Shown piece after piece: positions 41,677 to 52,522 of a stretch of 64,000 bases of DNA. The notes beneath the pieces were generated by a model. It was not told where the DNA came from. It saw only the letters and a list, made by a program, of their open reading frames with translations, and ran no database searches. The stretch lies in contig CAVUXJ010000005.1 in the NCBI GenBank assembly GCA_963745495.1, positions 198,847 to 262,846 on the forward strand, written 5' to 3'. The translations under genes were made by a program, and so were the position numbers. The DNA is from an uncultured Acidobacteriota bacterium (GTDB lineage Bacteria > Acidobacteriota > Vicinamibacteria > Vicinamibacterales > CAVVIG01). How positions within the stretch are numbered: position 1 is the stretch's first letter; each line of letters starts with the position of its first letter.

Positions 41677-42585
41677 TCAATTGTCTTCATCGGCGGACGC
41701 GGACATCAGTTCCGCTTCGAACGAGTCCAGCTCGTTTTCCAGCATGGTGTAGGTATGCCGATCCTCGGGGAATCGGCCGGCGCGCACGTCGCTGGCGTAG
41801 GCTTCCAGCGCGGCGAGCATGGCGGCGCCGATGTCGGCGTACTGCTTGACGAACCTGGGCAGCTGCCCGTTCGAGAGCCCCATCAAATCGTGCCAGACGA
41901 GCACCTGGCCGTCGCACGCGGCGCCGGCGCCGATGCCGATCGTCGGGATGCTGAGCGTCTTGGTGATGAATGCGGCGACCTGCGGCGGGATGGCCTCCAG
42001 CACGAGGGCGAAACAGCCCGCCCGCTCGAGCGCACGCGCAGCATCGACAAGGCGGCGCGCCTTGACGGCGGTACGGCCTTGCGGTTTGTATCCGCCCAGG
42101 AGCTTCACCGACTGCGGAGTCAAACCGATGTGACCGATGACCGGAATCGCGGCATCGACGATCGCCTCCGCCCGCCTGAGCATCGGGCCGGCGCCTTCCA
42201 GCTTCACCGCATCGGCCCCTCCGTCCTTCAGAAAGCGAATGGCGTTCTGCACGGCGACCTCGTCCGATGGCTGAAACGAGCCGAACGGCATGTCGGCCAC
42301 GATGAGCGGCCGCGTGGCGCCCCGCGCAACCGCGCGGGTCAGCAAGAGCATTTCGTCCATGGTGACGGGCAGCGTCGAGTCGTGCCCGAGCATCGTCATG
42401 GCTGCCGAATCGCCGACGAGCGCGACATCGATGCCGGCGGCATCGGCGAGCCGAGCGCTCGGCGCGTCGTACACCGTCACCATCGTGATGCGCTTGCCGC
42501 TGCGCTTCATCGCGCCGAGCTCGGGGACCGACACCTTGCCGCCCGCGACCCTTTCAGGTCCGGTGGGCGGCGGCTGGTTGCTCAT
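41677..42585 (-). CDS. panB: 3-methyl-2-oxobutanoate hydroxymethyltransferase
   Basis: LVGDS, ADMPFGS, AVKLEG, GHIGLTPQ, IGIGAG..CDGQVLV. Confidence 0.95.
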   Translation of the reverse strand: MSNQPPPTGPERVAGGKVSVPELGAMKRSGKRITMVTVYDAPSARLADAAGIDVALVGDSAAMTMLGHDSTLPVTMDEMLLLTRAVARGATRPLIVADMPFGSFQPSDEVAVQNAIRFLKDGGADAVKLEGAGPMLRRAEAIVDAAIPVIGHIGLTPQSVKLLGGYKPQGRTAVKARRLVDAARALERAGCFALVLEAIPPQVAAFITKTLSIPTIGIGAGAACDGQVLVWHDLMGLSNGQLPRFVKQYADIGAAMLAALEAYASDVRAGRFPEDRHTYTMLENELDSFEAELMSASADEDN

Positions 42586-43429
42586 TGTCAGGCTCCTTCA
42601 GCGACTGACCGCTCGTCCCAATCCCGGGGGACGCGTTCGAGATGTCGAGGACGACGTTGTCGATCAAGCGGATGCCGCCGACGCGGGCGGCCACCGCCAG
42701 TGTCGGGTGTCCGTTGAGATCGGCCACCGCCACGTAGTCGGGCTCGAGGCCGGACAGCAGCGCGCGGGCGGCGGCGATCGGATCCCGCCCTTCGCGAAAC
42801 GCCGCCAGACCGGCCGCGAGCGCCCGCGGGATCGCCAGCGCCCGTGTCCTCTCCTCCGGCGACAAGCGGACGTTTCGCGACGAGAGCGCCAGCCCGTCGC
42901 TGTCGCGGACGGTCGGGACAATCTGAATCTGCAGATCGAGGTTCAAGTCGCGAACCAGCTGCGTGACGACCGCTACCTGCTGCGCGTCCTTCTGTCCAAA
43001 GCATGCCACGTCCGGCGCCACAATCGTGAACAGCTTCAGGCAGACCGTGGCGACGCCTCGGAAGTGCCCCGGACGAAAGTCGCCTTCGAGCCCGCGCGCC
43101 GGGCCTCCGACCTCGATCCAGGTGGCGTAGTCGGCGGGATACATTTCGGCGACCTCGGGGACAAACAGCAGGTCGATGCCCTCCTGGGCCGCGATATGCG
43201 CGTCGCGAGCTTCGTCGCGGGGATAGGCGACAAGATCGCCCGGATCGCCGAACTGGGCCGGGTTCACGAACGAGCTGACCACGACGAGGTCCGACGATCG
43301 GCGCGCGGCTCGAAACAGCGCGACGTGGCCGTCATGAAACGCGCCCATGGTGGGTACGAGTCCAATCCGCGACGTCCGAAGGTGAGCCAGCGTTCGCCTG
43401 AGCTCGACGGCGGTGCGGACAGTGTTCAC
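42554..43429 (-). CDS. panC: Pantoate--beta-alanine ligase
   Basis: VPTMGAFHDGH, RPGHFRGV, FGQKDAQQ, GLALSSRN, RLIDN. Confidence 0.95.
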   Translation of the reverse strand: MNTVRTAVELRRTLAHLRTSRIGLVPTMGAFHDGHVALFRAARRSSDLVVVSSFVNPAQFGDPGDLVAYPRDEARDAHIAAQEGIDLLFVPEVAEMYPADYATWIEVGGPARGLEGDFRPGHFRGVATVCLKLFTIVAPDVACFGQKDAQQVAVVTQLVRDLNLDLQIQIVPTVRDSDGLALSSRNVRLSPEERTRALAIPRALAAGLAAFREGRDPIAAARALLSGLEPDYVAVADLNGHPTLAVAARVGGIRLIDNVVLDISNASPGIGTSGQSLKEPDNEQPAAAHRT

Positions 43430-44103
43430 GGCGCGGTCACCTCCGCGAGCGCTCGATACATCCGCTCGAGGTCCGGCGCGGTGTCGTGAATCGCCGCCAG
43501 ATGGGCGTCGATGGTCGCCCAGTCGCCACGCGCGATTGGTCCCGTCAGCTGGAAGCCGTTGTCGATGGTCCGGCGCATCAACGGGACGAGCGCTTCCTTC
43601 GGTGCTCCGGCCGATTCGAGCAGCCTGCTGGCGGATCGATACAGCGTGACCAGGTAGTTGGACGCGATCGCGGCCCCCGCGTGATACAGCATCCGGGCCT
43701 CGTCGCGGATCTCGAAGGGCGTCACGCCCAGACGCTCGGCCAGCCAGAAGCCGCGCGCACGGCCGGCGGGCGTGTCAGCCGTGACCGCGGCCCACGCGCC
43801 GTCGAGCTGATCGCCAGACCCCGAGCGATCGAACGTCTGGAGTGGATGGAGTCCGAAGCGGTGAATGTGCGGCGCGAGGGCGGCCAGCGGCGTCGCGCCG
43901 CTGATGTGCGCGATCCAGGGGCCAGGCTCGATGGTGCTTGCCACCTCGCGGATCGCCGAGTCGGGGACACACAGCAGCACGAGGTCCGGCGCGCCCTCCC
44001 GCCAGTCCAGATCCCGCTCGCGCAGCCGCGCGTTCACGGCCGACCCTGCGCGGCCGTGTCCGATGACCCTGACGCTCCTGAACATCTGCTCGGGCTCTTC
44101 CAT
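43426..44103 (-). CDS. Rossmann-like + DUF2520 protein, PanG-type ketopantoate reductase candidate
   Basis: IGHGRAG, HPLQTF, YHAGAAIASNY, LTGPIARGD; translationally coupled to panC. Confidence 0.8.
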   Translation of the reverse strand: MEEPEQMFRSVRVIGHGRAGSAVNARLRERDLDWREGAPDLVLLCVPDSAIREVASTIEPGPWIAHISGATPLAALAPHIHRFGLHPLQTFDRSGSGDQLDGAWAAVTADTPAGRARGFWLAERLGVTPFEIRDEARMLYHAGAAIASNYLVTLYRSASRLLESAGAPKEALVPLMRRTIDNGFQLTGPIARGDWATIDAHLAAIHDTAPDLERMYRALAEVTAP

Positions 44104-44124
44104 AGAGATGTCAATCCGGCTAAC

Positions 44125-44393
44125 GAGCCTGTGAAGAGATCGCTGCAGTGCAGGCCTTGGGCGCGCCTGCCGCTTCCGCGCCTTCGGCGCTTCAGCGAGC
44201 CACGCCGAAGCTTGCCTGAAGGTCGTGCGAGCGAAGGCGGGAAGCTCCGCACGACATCAGGAGCGATGTCTTCGCCACCACTAGAGCCGGACCACTACGC
44301 GTCGACGCTTTCGGCTATCAGCCGTCAGCTGCTCCCAGCTGAAAGCCGCTGAAGGCTGACAGCTACGAGCTGATAGCTCCTAAGGCTGACGGG
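44125..44393. repeat. Composite repeat region: MITE arm, REP-like hairpins and 7-bp inverted array
   Basis: gagcctgtgaagagatcgc; ccgcttccgcgccttcggcgc...gcgaaggcgg; tcggcta/tcagccg/tcagctg ... gctgaaa/gctgaag/gctgaca/gctgata. Confidence 0.6.
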
Positions 44394-44421
44394 TCGGGCG
44401 CAAAAATGCAAGAATGCCCGA

Positions 44422-46158
44422 ATGCGCATGACAGCTGCTCTGAATGCCGCGCTGCTTGCTGCGGGGGTCCTGGCCGGCGCGTGCTCGGCCCCCGAATCGC
44501 AGCCCGCCAGCGACGCCAGGCCCGGCCCGACCCCGACCGTCGAGCGGATCCCCATGGGCGAGCTGCCGCAGGTCGACGTCGATACGGTGCTCGCGCACAC
44601 GAAGGTGCTCTCGTCGGATCAGTTCGAGGGACGCGCTCCCGGCGGCAAAGGCGAGGAGCTCACGGTCGGGTATCTCGTGAACCAGTTCAAGAAGATCGGC
44701 CTGAAGCCTGGCAATCCCGACGGCACCTACGTCCAGAAGGTGCCGCTTGTCGGGATTACGGCTTCGCCCGCGCCCCTCGTGTTGCGGAAAGGCTCGCAGC
44801 TGGTCACGCTCAAATGGAGGGACGACCTGGTTGCTGGAACGAAGCGGGTCGTGGAAACGGTCGCCCTGGCCGATTCCGATCTCGTCTTCGTCGGTTACGG
44901 CGTCGTCGCACCCGAGCACGACTGGGACGACTACAAAGGACTGGACGTCAGGGGCAAGACGCTCGTGATGCTGGTCAACGATCCGCCGGTGCCCGACCCT
45001 TCGAATCCAGCGGAGCTCGATCCGAAAATGTTTGGCGGCCGTGCCATGACCTACTATGGGCGCTGGACGTACAAGTTCGAGATCGCGTCCGAGAAGGGAG
45101 CCGCAGGCGTCTTCATCATCCATGAGACGGGTCCCGCCGGCTATCCGTTCGAGGTCGTCCAGGGGAGCTGGACGGGCGAACAGTTCGACCTCGTGGCCCC
45201 GGACAAGAATATGAGCCGGGTGCCCATTCAGGGATGGGTCAGCCTCGAGCAGGGCACGAACCTGCTGAAGATGGGCGGCCAGGATTTCCAGACGCTCAAG
45301 CGGAGGGCGGCATCGCGCGATTTCGAGCCGGTTCCGCTGGGGGTCACGGCGTCGATGACGCTCAAGAACACGCTGCGGACGATCAACTCGCAGAACGTCA
45401 TCGCAAGACTCGAAGGGCGCGATCCGAACCTGAAGACGGAACACGTCCTTTACACCGCCCACTGGGACCACCTCGGGACAGGCGAGCCGGTGAACGGCGA
45501 TCGGATCTACAACGGGGCGGTGGACAATGCCGTCGGCGTCGCCGGTATCCTCGAGATCGCGCGGGCGTATGCGGCACTCCAGTCGCCGCCGAAGCGGTCC
45601 GTGCTGTTCATGGCCGTCACGGCCGAGGAGCAGGGACTGCTGGGGTCGGCGTACTACACCGTGAGCCCCCTTTATCCGCTCGCGAAAACGGCGGCAGTCA
45701 TCAACATCGACACGCTGAACGTCCACGGCCGCACCAGGGATCTGACGCTCGTCGGGTACGGCGCGTCCGAGCTCGACGACTATGCGCGCGACGCGACGGG
45801 CGAGCAAGGTCGGATCCTGCGATCCGATCCCGAGCCGGAAAAAGGCTTCTATTACCGCTCGGATCACTTCAACTTCGCCAAGCAGGGTGTGCCGGCCCTC
45901 GACCCGGACGAGGGTGTGGAATTCGTGGGCAAGCCGGCTGACTACGGCACCCAGGTGCGCGCGCAGTACAACGAGCACGACTACCATAAGCCGTCCGACA
46001 CCGTGAAGCCCGACTGGGATCTCGCCGGTGCCCGTGAGGATCTGATGGTGTTCTTGGCGGTGGGGTACCGCGTGGCGGAGGCTGTCAGGCTTCCAGAATG
46101 GACAGCCGGGAACGAGTTCAAAGCGAAACGCGACGCGATGCTCAAGACCGCGCAATGA
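44422..46158 (+). CDS. M28 family peptidase with PA domain, lipoprotein
   Basis: LAGAC lipobox, [46 protein letters not shown]. Confidence 0.9.
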   Translation: MRMTAALNAALLAAGVLAGACSAPESQPASDARPGPTPTVERIPMGELPQVDVDTVLAHTKVLSSDQFEGRAPGGKGEELTVGYLVNQFKKIGLKPGNPDGTYVQKVPLVGITASPAPLVLRKGSQLVTLKWRDDLVAGTKRVVETVALADSDLVFVGYGVVAPEHDWDDYKGLDVRGKTLVMLVNDPPVPDPSNPAELDPKMFGGRAMTYYGRWTYKFEIASEKGAAGVFIIHETGPAGYPFEVVQGSWTGEQFDLVAPDKNMSRVPIQGWVSLEQGTNLLKMGGQDFQTLKRRAASRDFEPVPLGVTASMTLKNTLRTINSQNVIARLEGRDPNLKTEHVLYTAHWDHLGTGEPVNGDRIYNGAVDNAVGVAGILEIARAYAALQSPPKRSVLFMAVTAEEQGLLGSAYYTVSPLYPLAKTAAVINIDTLNVHGRTRDLTLVGYGASELDDYARDATGEQGRILRSDPEPEKGFYYRSDHFNFAKQGVPALDPDEGVEFVGKPADYGTQVRAQYNEHDYHKPSDTVKPDWDLAGAREDLMVFLAVGYRVAEAVRLPEWTAGNEFKAKRDAMLKTAQ

Positions 46159-47462
46159 CCGGGGACGAGATGATCGCGCTCTCGAAGAAGCACACGCTCT
46201 TCGAGTGGTCGGCCCAGTCGCAGGTCGATCCCATTCCAATTGCGCGCGCCAAGGGGATCTATTTCTGGACGCCCGAAGGCAAGCGGTTCATCGACTTCAA
46301 CAGCCAGTTGATGTGCGTGAACATCGGCCACGGCGACGCGCGGGTGGTTCGAGCGATTCAGGAGCAGGCGGCCACCCTCGTCTACGCTGGAGCCTCGATG
46401 GCGACCGAGCCGCGCGCCCGCCTCGGCGCGAAGCTGGCAGAAATCACTCCGGGCGACATCGACGTGTTTTTCTTCACCAACGGCGGCGCCGAGGCGAACG
46501 AGAACGCGATCAGGATTGCTCGCCGGGCCACGGGACGCCACAAGATCCTGGCGAGATACCGATCGTTCCACGGTGCGACGGCCGGGAGCGCCACGCTGAC
46601 AGGCGATCCGCGGCGCTGGGCAGTCGAGCCGGGGCTGCCCGGCGTCGTGCACGTCCTCGACCCTTATCACGGTATCGAGCGCGGTTGGGACACGACCGCG
46701 CAGGCGCTCTCCGCGCTCGAGGAGGTCATTCAGCTCGAAGGCCCACATACGATTGCAGCCTTCATCCTGGAAACGGTGACCGGCACCAACGGAGTACTGG
46801 TGCCGCCGGACGGATACCTGCAGGGCGTACGCGAGCTGTGTACCCGATACGGTATCCTGTTGATCTGCGACGAAGTCATGTGCGGCTTCGGTCGCACCGG
46901 CGAATGGTTTGCCGTCAATCACTGGAACGTCGTCCCAGACATCCTGACGATGGCCAAGGGGCTGACGAGCGCATACGTGCCGCTCGGAGCGGTGGGCATG
47001 CGGAGGAGCATCGCCGAGCAGTTCAAGGACAACGTGTTCCCTGGCGGCCTCACGTACAACAGCCATCCGCTCGCTTGCGCGGCGGCGCTCGCCACCATTC
47101 GCGTGTACGAGGAGGACAAGCTGGTCGACAATGCCCGGCGGATGGGAATCGTGATGAAGGAGGTGACGGCCGCTCTTCAGGAGCGACATCCGTCCATCGG
47201 GGTCGCCCGTTCGATCGGGTTGTTCGGAGTCCTGGAGCTCGTTCGCGATCGCGCCAAGCGTCAGCCGCTGGCGCCCTTCAACGGGACATCGGACGCGATG
47301 AAGGCCCTGACGAGGTTCTTCCGCGAGGAAGGACTGTATACGTTCGTGCGCTGGAATACGTTCTTCACGAATCCCCCGCTGTGCGTAACCGAGCCTGAGT
47401 TGCGTGAAGCGTTCAGCATCATCGATCGCGGCCTCGAGCTCACCGACCAGGCGGTCGTTTAA
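46155..47462 (+). CDS. Class III PLP aminotransferase
   Basis: [34 protein letters not shown]. Confidence 0.9.
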   Translation: MTGDEMIALSKKHTLFEWSAQSQVDPIPIARAKGIYFWTPEGKRFIDFNSQLMCVNIGHGDARVVRAIQEQAATLVYAGASMATEPRARLGAKLAEITPGDIDVFFFTNGGAEANENAIRIARRATGRHKILARYRSFHGATAGSATLTGDPRRWAVEPGLPGVVHVLDPYHGIERGWDTTAQALSALEEVIQLEGPHTIAAFILETVTGTNGVLVPPDGYLQGVRELCTRYGILLICDEVMCGFGRTGEWFAVNHWNVVPDILTMAKGLTSAYVPLGAVGMRRSIAEQFKDNVFPGGLTYNSHPLACAAALATIRVYEEDKLVDNARRMGIVMKEVTAALQERHPSIGVARSIGLFGVLELVRDRAKRQPLAPFNGTSDAMKALTRFFREEGLYTFVRWNTFFTNPPLCVTEPELREAFSIIDRGLELTDQAVV

Positions 47463-47573
47463 TCTGGTCATCTAATCATCTGGTCATCTGGTTATTTCAA
47501 TTCAATAACCAGATTACAAATCACCAAATCACCAAAGATCACCAGATCAGCCAGATCACCAGATCACCAAATA
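47462..47573. repeat. Palindromic array of 8-bp units between convergent genes
   Basis: atctggtc/atctaatc/atctggtc/atctggtt ... aaccagat/caccaaat/caccagat (repeated)/caccaaat. Confidence 0.8.
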
Positions 47574-47578
47574 GAGGA

Positions 47579-47992
47579 TCAGTACGTATTGCGGACGCGA
47601 CGCGACACCGTCAGGTACGTGAGCCACCCGCCGTAGTAGGCGAGCGTAGCCGCGATGTAGAGCGGCGTGTCGCCGGGCATCCGGTTGTTTGGGAAGTACG
47701 GCGTCGCGTACACGAAGACCGTGGTTGCGGCCGAAAGCGCGAGGGAGGCCTTGGCGATCGTCACGGCACCGTGGTGCCGGCCGGCGAGCGCGCGCCCGGC
47801 GGCGATCGCCAGGGCTGCCACCGAGAGTCGGAGGAGCAGAATCAAGGCCAGCGGCGTGCCGCGGATCGGCAGGGCCGTGAGGGCCGCGGGCGCCATGACA
47901 GCAATCGTGATCGGTTCCCCGAACAGCAGCAGCCCGCTGAGCAGCAGCAACCAGCCGCCGACGCCTCGCGGGCTGTCGTTGACGCGTTCCAT
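47579..47992 (-). CDS. Small membrane protein, DUF2569-like
   Basis: GVGGWLLL start, four hydrophobic segments, YLTVSRRVRNTY end. Confidence 0.65.
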   Translation of the reverse strand: MERVNDSPRGVGGWLLLLSGLLLFGEPITIAVMAPAALTALPIRGTPLALILLLRLSVAALAIAAGRALAGRHHGAVTIAKASLALSAATTVFVYATPYFPNNRMPGDTPLYIAATLAYYGGWLTYLTVSRRVRNTY

Positions 47993-48175
47993 GCCTACCG
48001 CTAGGATGCCACCAGAAGCCGCGCGAGGTACCGCCGCCACCTTCGGCCGGGTGCGCCTTCCGGCTGATCTCAGGACCGTGCTGCCAACGGAGGAGACCGG
48101 ATGAGCGGGGTCACGCCGAGCCGGAAAGAAGAAATGGGAACGACGTCCCGGCGTCATCTCCGGTAGTCCACGAGG

Positions 48176-48628
48176 TTGCACCTGTTTCTCGTTCATCACG
48201 GCGACGCTGTCGGGCCGGAGGTCGATCCGCGGCGCCCGCTCTCGTCCGAGGGCCGCAAGGCCGTGGAGCGAGCGGCGGAGGACGCCGCGGCCCGGGGCGC
48301 GCGGCCCGCGGTCGTCTGGCACAGCGGCAAGCTGCGCGCACGTCAGACGGCTGAAGCGTTCTGGCGCGCTTGCAACGCGCTCGCTGAGTTTTCCGGGACG
48401 CGCGACCTGCAGCCGGACGACCCGCCCGGATGGATGCGCGATCGGCTGCGCGACGAGCGTCGGGACATTCTGATTGCGGGACATTTTCCCCACCTGCCCA
48501 GACTCCTGGCCCTGCTGTTGACGGGAACTGATGAGGCTCCCGCCTCATTTCCACCCCATGGCGTCGTCGCTCTGGAAACGGTCGACGATGGCGAGACGTG
48601 GCGGGAAGCTTGGCGGATTCGGGCGTAG
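48176..48628 (+). CDS. SixA-like histidine phosphatase family protein
   Basis: LVHHGDA, RPLSSEG, HSGKLRARQTAE, AGHFP. Confidence 0.75.
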   Translation: MHLFLVHHGDAVGPEVDPRRPLSSEGRKAVERAAEDAAARGARPAVVWHSGKLRARQTAEAFWRACNALAEFSGTRDLQPDDPPGWMRDRLRDERRDILIAGHFPHLPRLLALLLTGTDEAPASFPPHGVVALETVDDGETWREAWRIRA

Positions 48629-48673
48629 GCGCCGCGGCGAGGCGCTCCCTGAACCTCAGGATCTCACGAGACA

Positions 48674-49111
48674 CTAGGCTACGACGGTGAGGTGACGGCC
48701 AGGATCGCGTCCGCTCAACGTGTCGATGCGGCCGTGCAGGTCGGCGCCCTCAGCCATCGCGACGCGCGGCGCGGTGATGTTGCCGTCCACCTTTCCAGTG
48801 TCCCTGATGTCGACCTTCTCGCTGGCCTTGATGGAGCCGGTGACCGCACCGTGGATGGTGATGGTCTTGGCACTGATGTTGGCGTGGATCTCGGCGTCCG
48901 GACCGATGGTGAGGGCGTGATCGCGAACGTCAACCGTTCCCTCGACCCGGCCGTCGATGCTCATGTCTTCGGAACTCACCAGCTCGCCCTTGAAAACGAC
49001 CGATTTTCCGACCCAGACCATGACACGTCGCTCCTCAGCCGGGCGGCCAGGGGGGACCGAGTCAGAGCTCTGTCCGGCTTGTGTTCTGTCCGTCGACTCG
49101 CGCGTCTGCAT
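48674..49111 (-). CDS. Bactofilin (polymer-forming cytoskeletal protein)
   Basis: VGKSVVFKGEL..EDMSIDGRVEG...GKVDGNITAPRVAMAEGA; start uncertain. Confidence 0.85.
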   Translation of the reverse strand: MQTRESTDRTQAGQSSDSVPPGRPAEERRVMVWVGKSVVFKGELVSSEDMSIDGRVEGTVDVRDHALTIGPDAEIHANISAKTITIHGAVTGSIKASEKVDIRDTGKVDGNITAPRVAMAEGADLHGRIDTLSGRDPGRHLTVVA

Positions 49112-49202
49112 AGGCAGCCCCTTCATGAACTCAGCGGAGCGCCCCAAGTATGTCAGAGAGGGGGGAGGGAGGACAGAGGGGACCGAGTGGAGGCCAATTC
49201 GT

Positions 49203-49418
49203 TCAATGACTTCGGGCCCAGATTCCCCGCTCGACCTCGACAAGCAATCCGGTTGACGTCAGACAGGCGAGAATCCGGTGGGCGGCCTCGTCCGGCACCC
49301 CAAGCATGGCCCGAAAACGCCCGAAAGTGAACCGGGCACTCGGGTTCCGCACGACACGGGACACGATGCGGGCAATGACTTCGCCCCGTCTTGCATAATT
49401 GCGCCGATCAACAGTCAC
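49203..49418 (-). CDS. Small hypothetical, possible winged-helix protein
   Basis: GGGAG RBS before GTG; LGVPDEAAHRILACLTSTGLL..GIW pattern. Confidence 0.45.
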   Translation of the reverse strand: MTVDRRNYARRGEVIARIVSRVVRNPSARFTFGRFRAMLGVPDEAAHRILACLTSTGLLVEVERGIWARSH

Positions 49419-49576
49419 GAAATAGGCTCCCGCGGTCATCTCCTGCAATATCAACGACGTGAGCAGGACGCACGTGGCTTCCTGGCCGTTCTGGGGCACC
49501 TGGTGACCGCTCAGGTCGGCGGGGAGGGACGCGTGACGCCCGCCTGCAGATCGAGCCACCCGCCATACAATGCTGT

Positions 49577-49927
49577 ATGCCCAAGCTGATCGTCGAAGGA
49601 TATGGAGCGTTTGAAGTCCCGCAGGAGAAACGTCTCGTGCTCGCGATCGAGCAGGACGCCGGAGTTGACATCATGCACGCGTGCGGCGGGTTCGCGCGAT
49701 GCACCACCTGCCGCGTTGAGTTTGTCGAGGGAGAGCCGGCAAGCTGGACCGTCGCAGAAAGGGAGCGGCTCGCCGCGCGCGGTCTGACCGGCATCCGTCT
49801 GTCATGCCAGATTCTCTGCGACCACGACATGGTGGTGCGCGCGATCAGCCGCCTCGAGGGCACTGGTCGGCCCGACCCGGGGCCTGTGCCGCAGGAGACG
49901 ATCACACCGCCGCCCCAATGGGTCTGA
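49577..49927 (+). CDS. 2Fe-2S ferredoxin
   Basis: HACGGFARCTTC and RLSCQ. Confidence 0.9.
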   Translation: MPKLIVEGYGAFEVPQEKRLVLAIEQDAGVDIMHACGGFARCTTCRVEFVEGEPASWTVAERERLAARGLTGIRLSCQILCDHDMVVRAISRLEGTGRPDPGPVPQETITPPPQWV

Positions 49928-50093
49928 CCATTTGATCGGAATGCCGGTGTCTCTCTTGATACGCATCCGAAGGCGACGAAACACGGCGAGCCACGCGTTC
50001 GTATGACAAGTGGGCGGCACGAGGCCTGAGGACGCGACGGCCCTGGCTTGACTCAAACACATTCAGCTGGAGCGACGTATGAAGGGCGAACAC

Positions 50094-51107
50094 ATGAAAG
50101 CCATGGCCTCGATGAGCGTCCTCGTCATCGTGACGATTCTTCTGGGACTCGTCCCCGCTCCTATCCGATCGGTCCAAGGTCAGGAGCGCCAGACGGCAAT
50201 CGACCGGCTGCATTTTCATCACGTTCACCTGAATTCGGTGAATCCGTCGGCTGCCGCGGCGTACTATCCCAAGGCGTTTGCGACCTCGTCTACCAAGACG
50301 ACGTTCAACGGCTACGAGGCGGTCAAGACGGGCAACGTCTACGTGCTCTTTACGAAGGTCAACACCCCTCCCCAGAACGAGCTGACCGGACCTCAGACCT
50401 CGGTGTGGCATTTCGGCTGGAACACGCCCGACTCGCGCAAGTACAACGAGCGGTTCCGCGCCATGGGCCTGAAGATCGCTCAGATGTGGGACGCTGCCGA
50501 TGGCAAGCTCGTGGACATGTCGAGCGATACGCTGCCGGGCTTGCCGACGCAGGAGCAGATTCTCGACATGCGCGAGAAGGGCGTGGAGCCGGCCAGGCAG
50601 GGCGGCTTCGGCTACCTGCGCGGCCCGGACGGGGCGATGATCGAGAACGCGCAGGCCGGCACGGTGGAGCGGTTCAACCACGTGCACATGTACCACGAGC
50701 ACCCGCTGTGCGCGATGCAGTGGTATGTCACACATCTCGGAGCGACGCTGCCGCAGGGTCGCGGCGCTGCGCCGGCGCCGCCGGGCGGCGAATGTAAACA
50801 GTTGTACGCGCCGCCCACATGGCCTTCCTTCGCCAAGACGGGATTTGTCCGCGAGCCGTCAGGCGCCGTGTTCTTCGACGACATCTCCATCTCTATCCGG
50901 CCGTGGCCGGGCGGGGGGCTCGTCAGCCCCCGCGGAAAGATCGTCGATCACTGGGCGCTTCAGGTCGCCGATCTCGCGCCGACCCTCGCCCGGTTGAAGC
51001 GTGAAGGCGTCAAGGTCCTCGAAGAGGTTCACCCCTGGGGGAACACCCGCGCGGCCATGATCGAGGGACCCGATCGAATTGCGATCGAGCTCGTGGAGCT
51101 GAAATAG
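50094..51107 (+). CDS. Secreted VOC/glyoxalase family protein
   Basis: Signal peptide; FHHVHLN, WHFGW, GPDGAMIE, FNHVHM, DHWAL, GPDRIAIELVE. Confidence 0.75.
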   Translation: MKAMASMSVLVIVTILLGLVPAPIRSVQGQERQTAIDRLHFHHVHLNSVNPSAAAAYYPKAFATSSTKTTFNGYEAVKTGNVYVLFTKVNTPPQNELTGPQTSVWHFGWNTPDSRKYNERFRAMGLKIAQMWDAADGKLVDMSSDTLPGLPTQEQILDMREKGVEPARQGGFGYLRGPDGAMIENAQAGTVERFNHVHMYHEHPLCAMQWYVTHLGATLPQGRGAAPAPPGGECKQLYAPPTWPSFAKTGFVREPSGAVFFDDISISIRPWPGGGLVSPRGKIVDHWALQVADLAPTLARLKREGVKVLEEVHPWGNTRAAMIEGPDRIAIELVELK

Positions 51108-51135
51108 TCGTTTGTCAACCCAATCCGGAGAAGTG

Positions 51136-52470
<1,335 letters not shown>

Positions 52471-52522
52471 CTCTCCCATTTGTCTTTCCTGCACGGCCCG
52501 GTCTAGCATCGCGGCCAGAAAC

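Noticed and set aside
47462-47573. Short repeat arrays as CRISPR
   Set aside because: Units are 7-9 bp with no unique spacers and there are no cas genes
48000-48170. Possible ncRNA or 21-aa peptide (RBS plus ATG at 48101)
   Set aside because: No recognisable RNA family motif and no homology support
48176-48628. HHG instead of RHG in the SixA-like protein as a novel activity
   Set aside because: Catalytic His and the other motifs are retained; a single substitution in an error-prone assembly is insufficient
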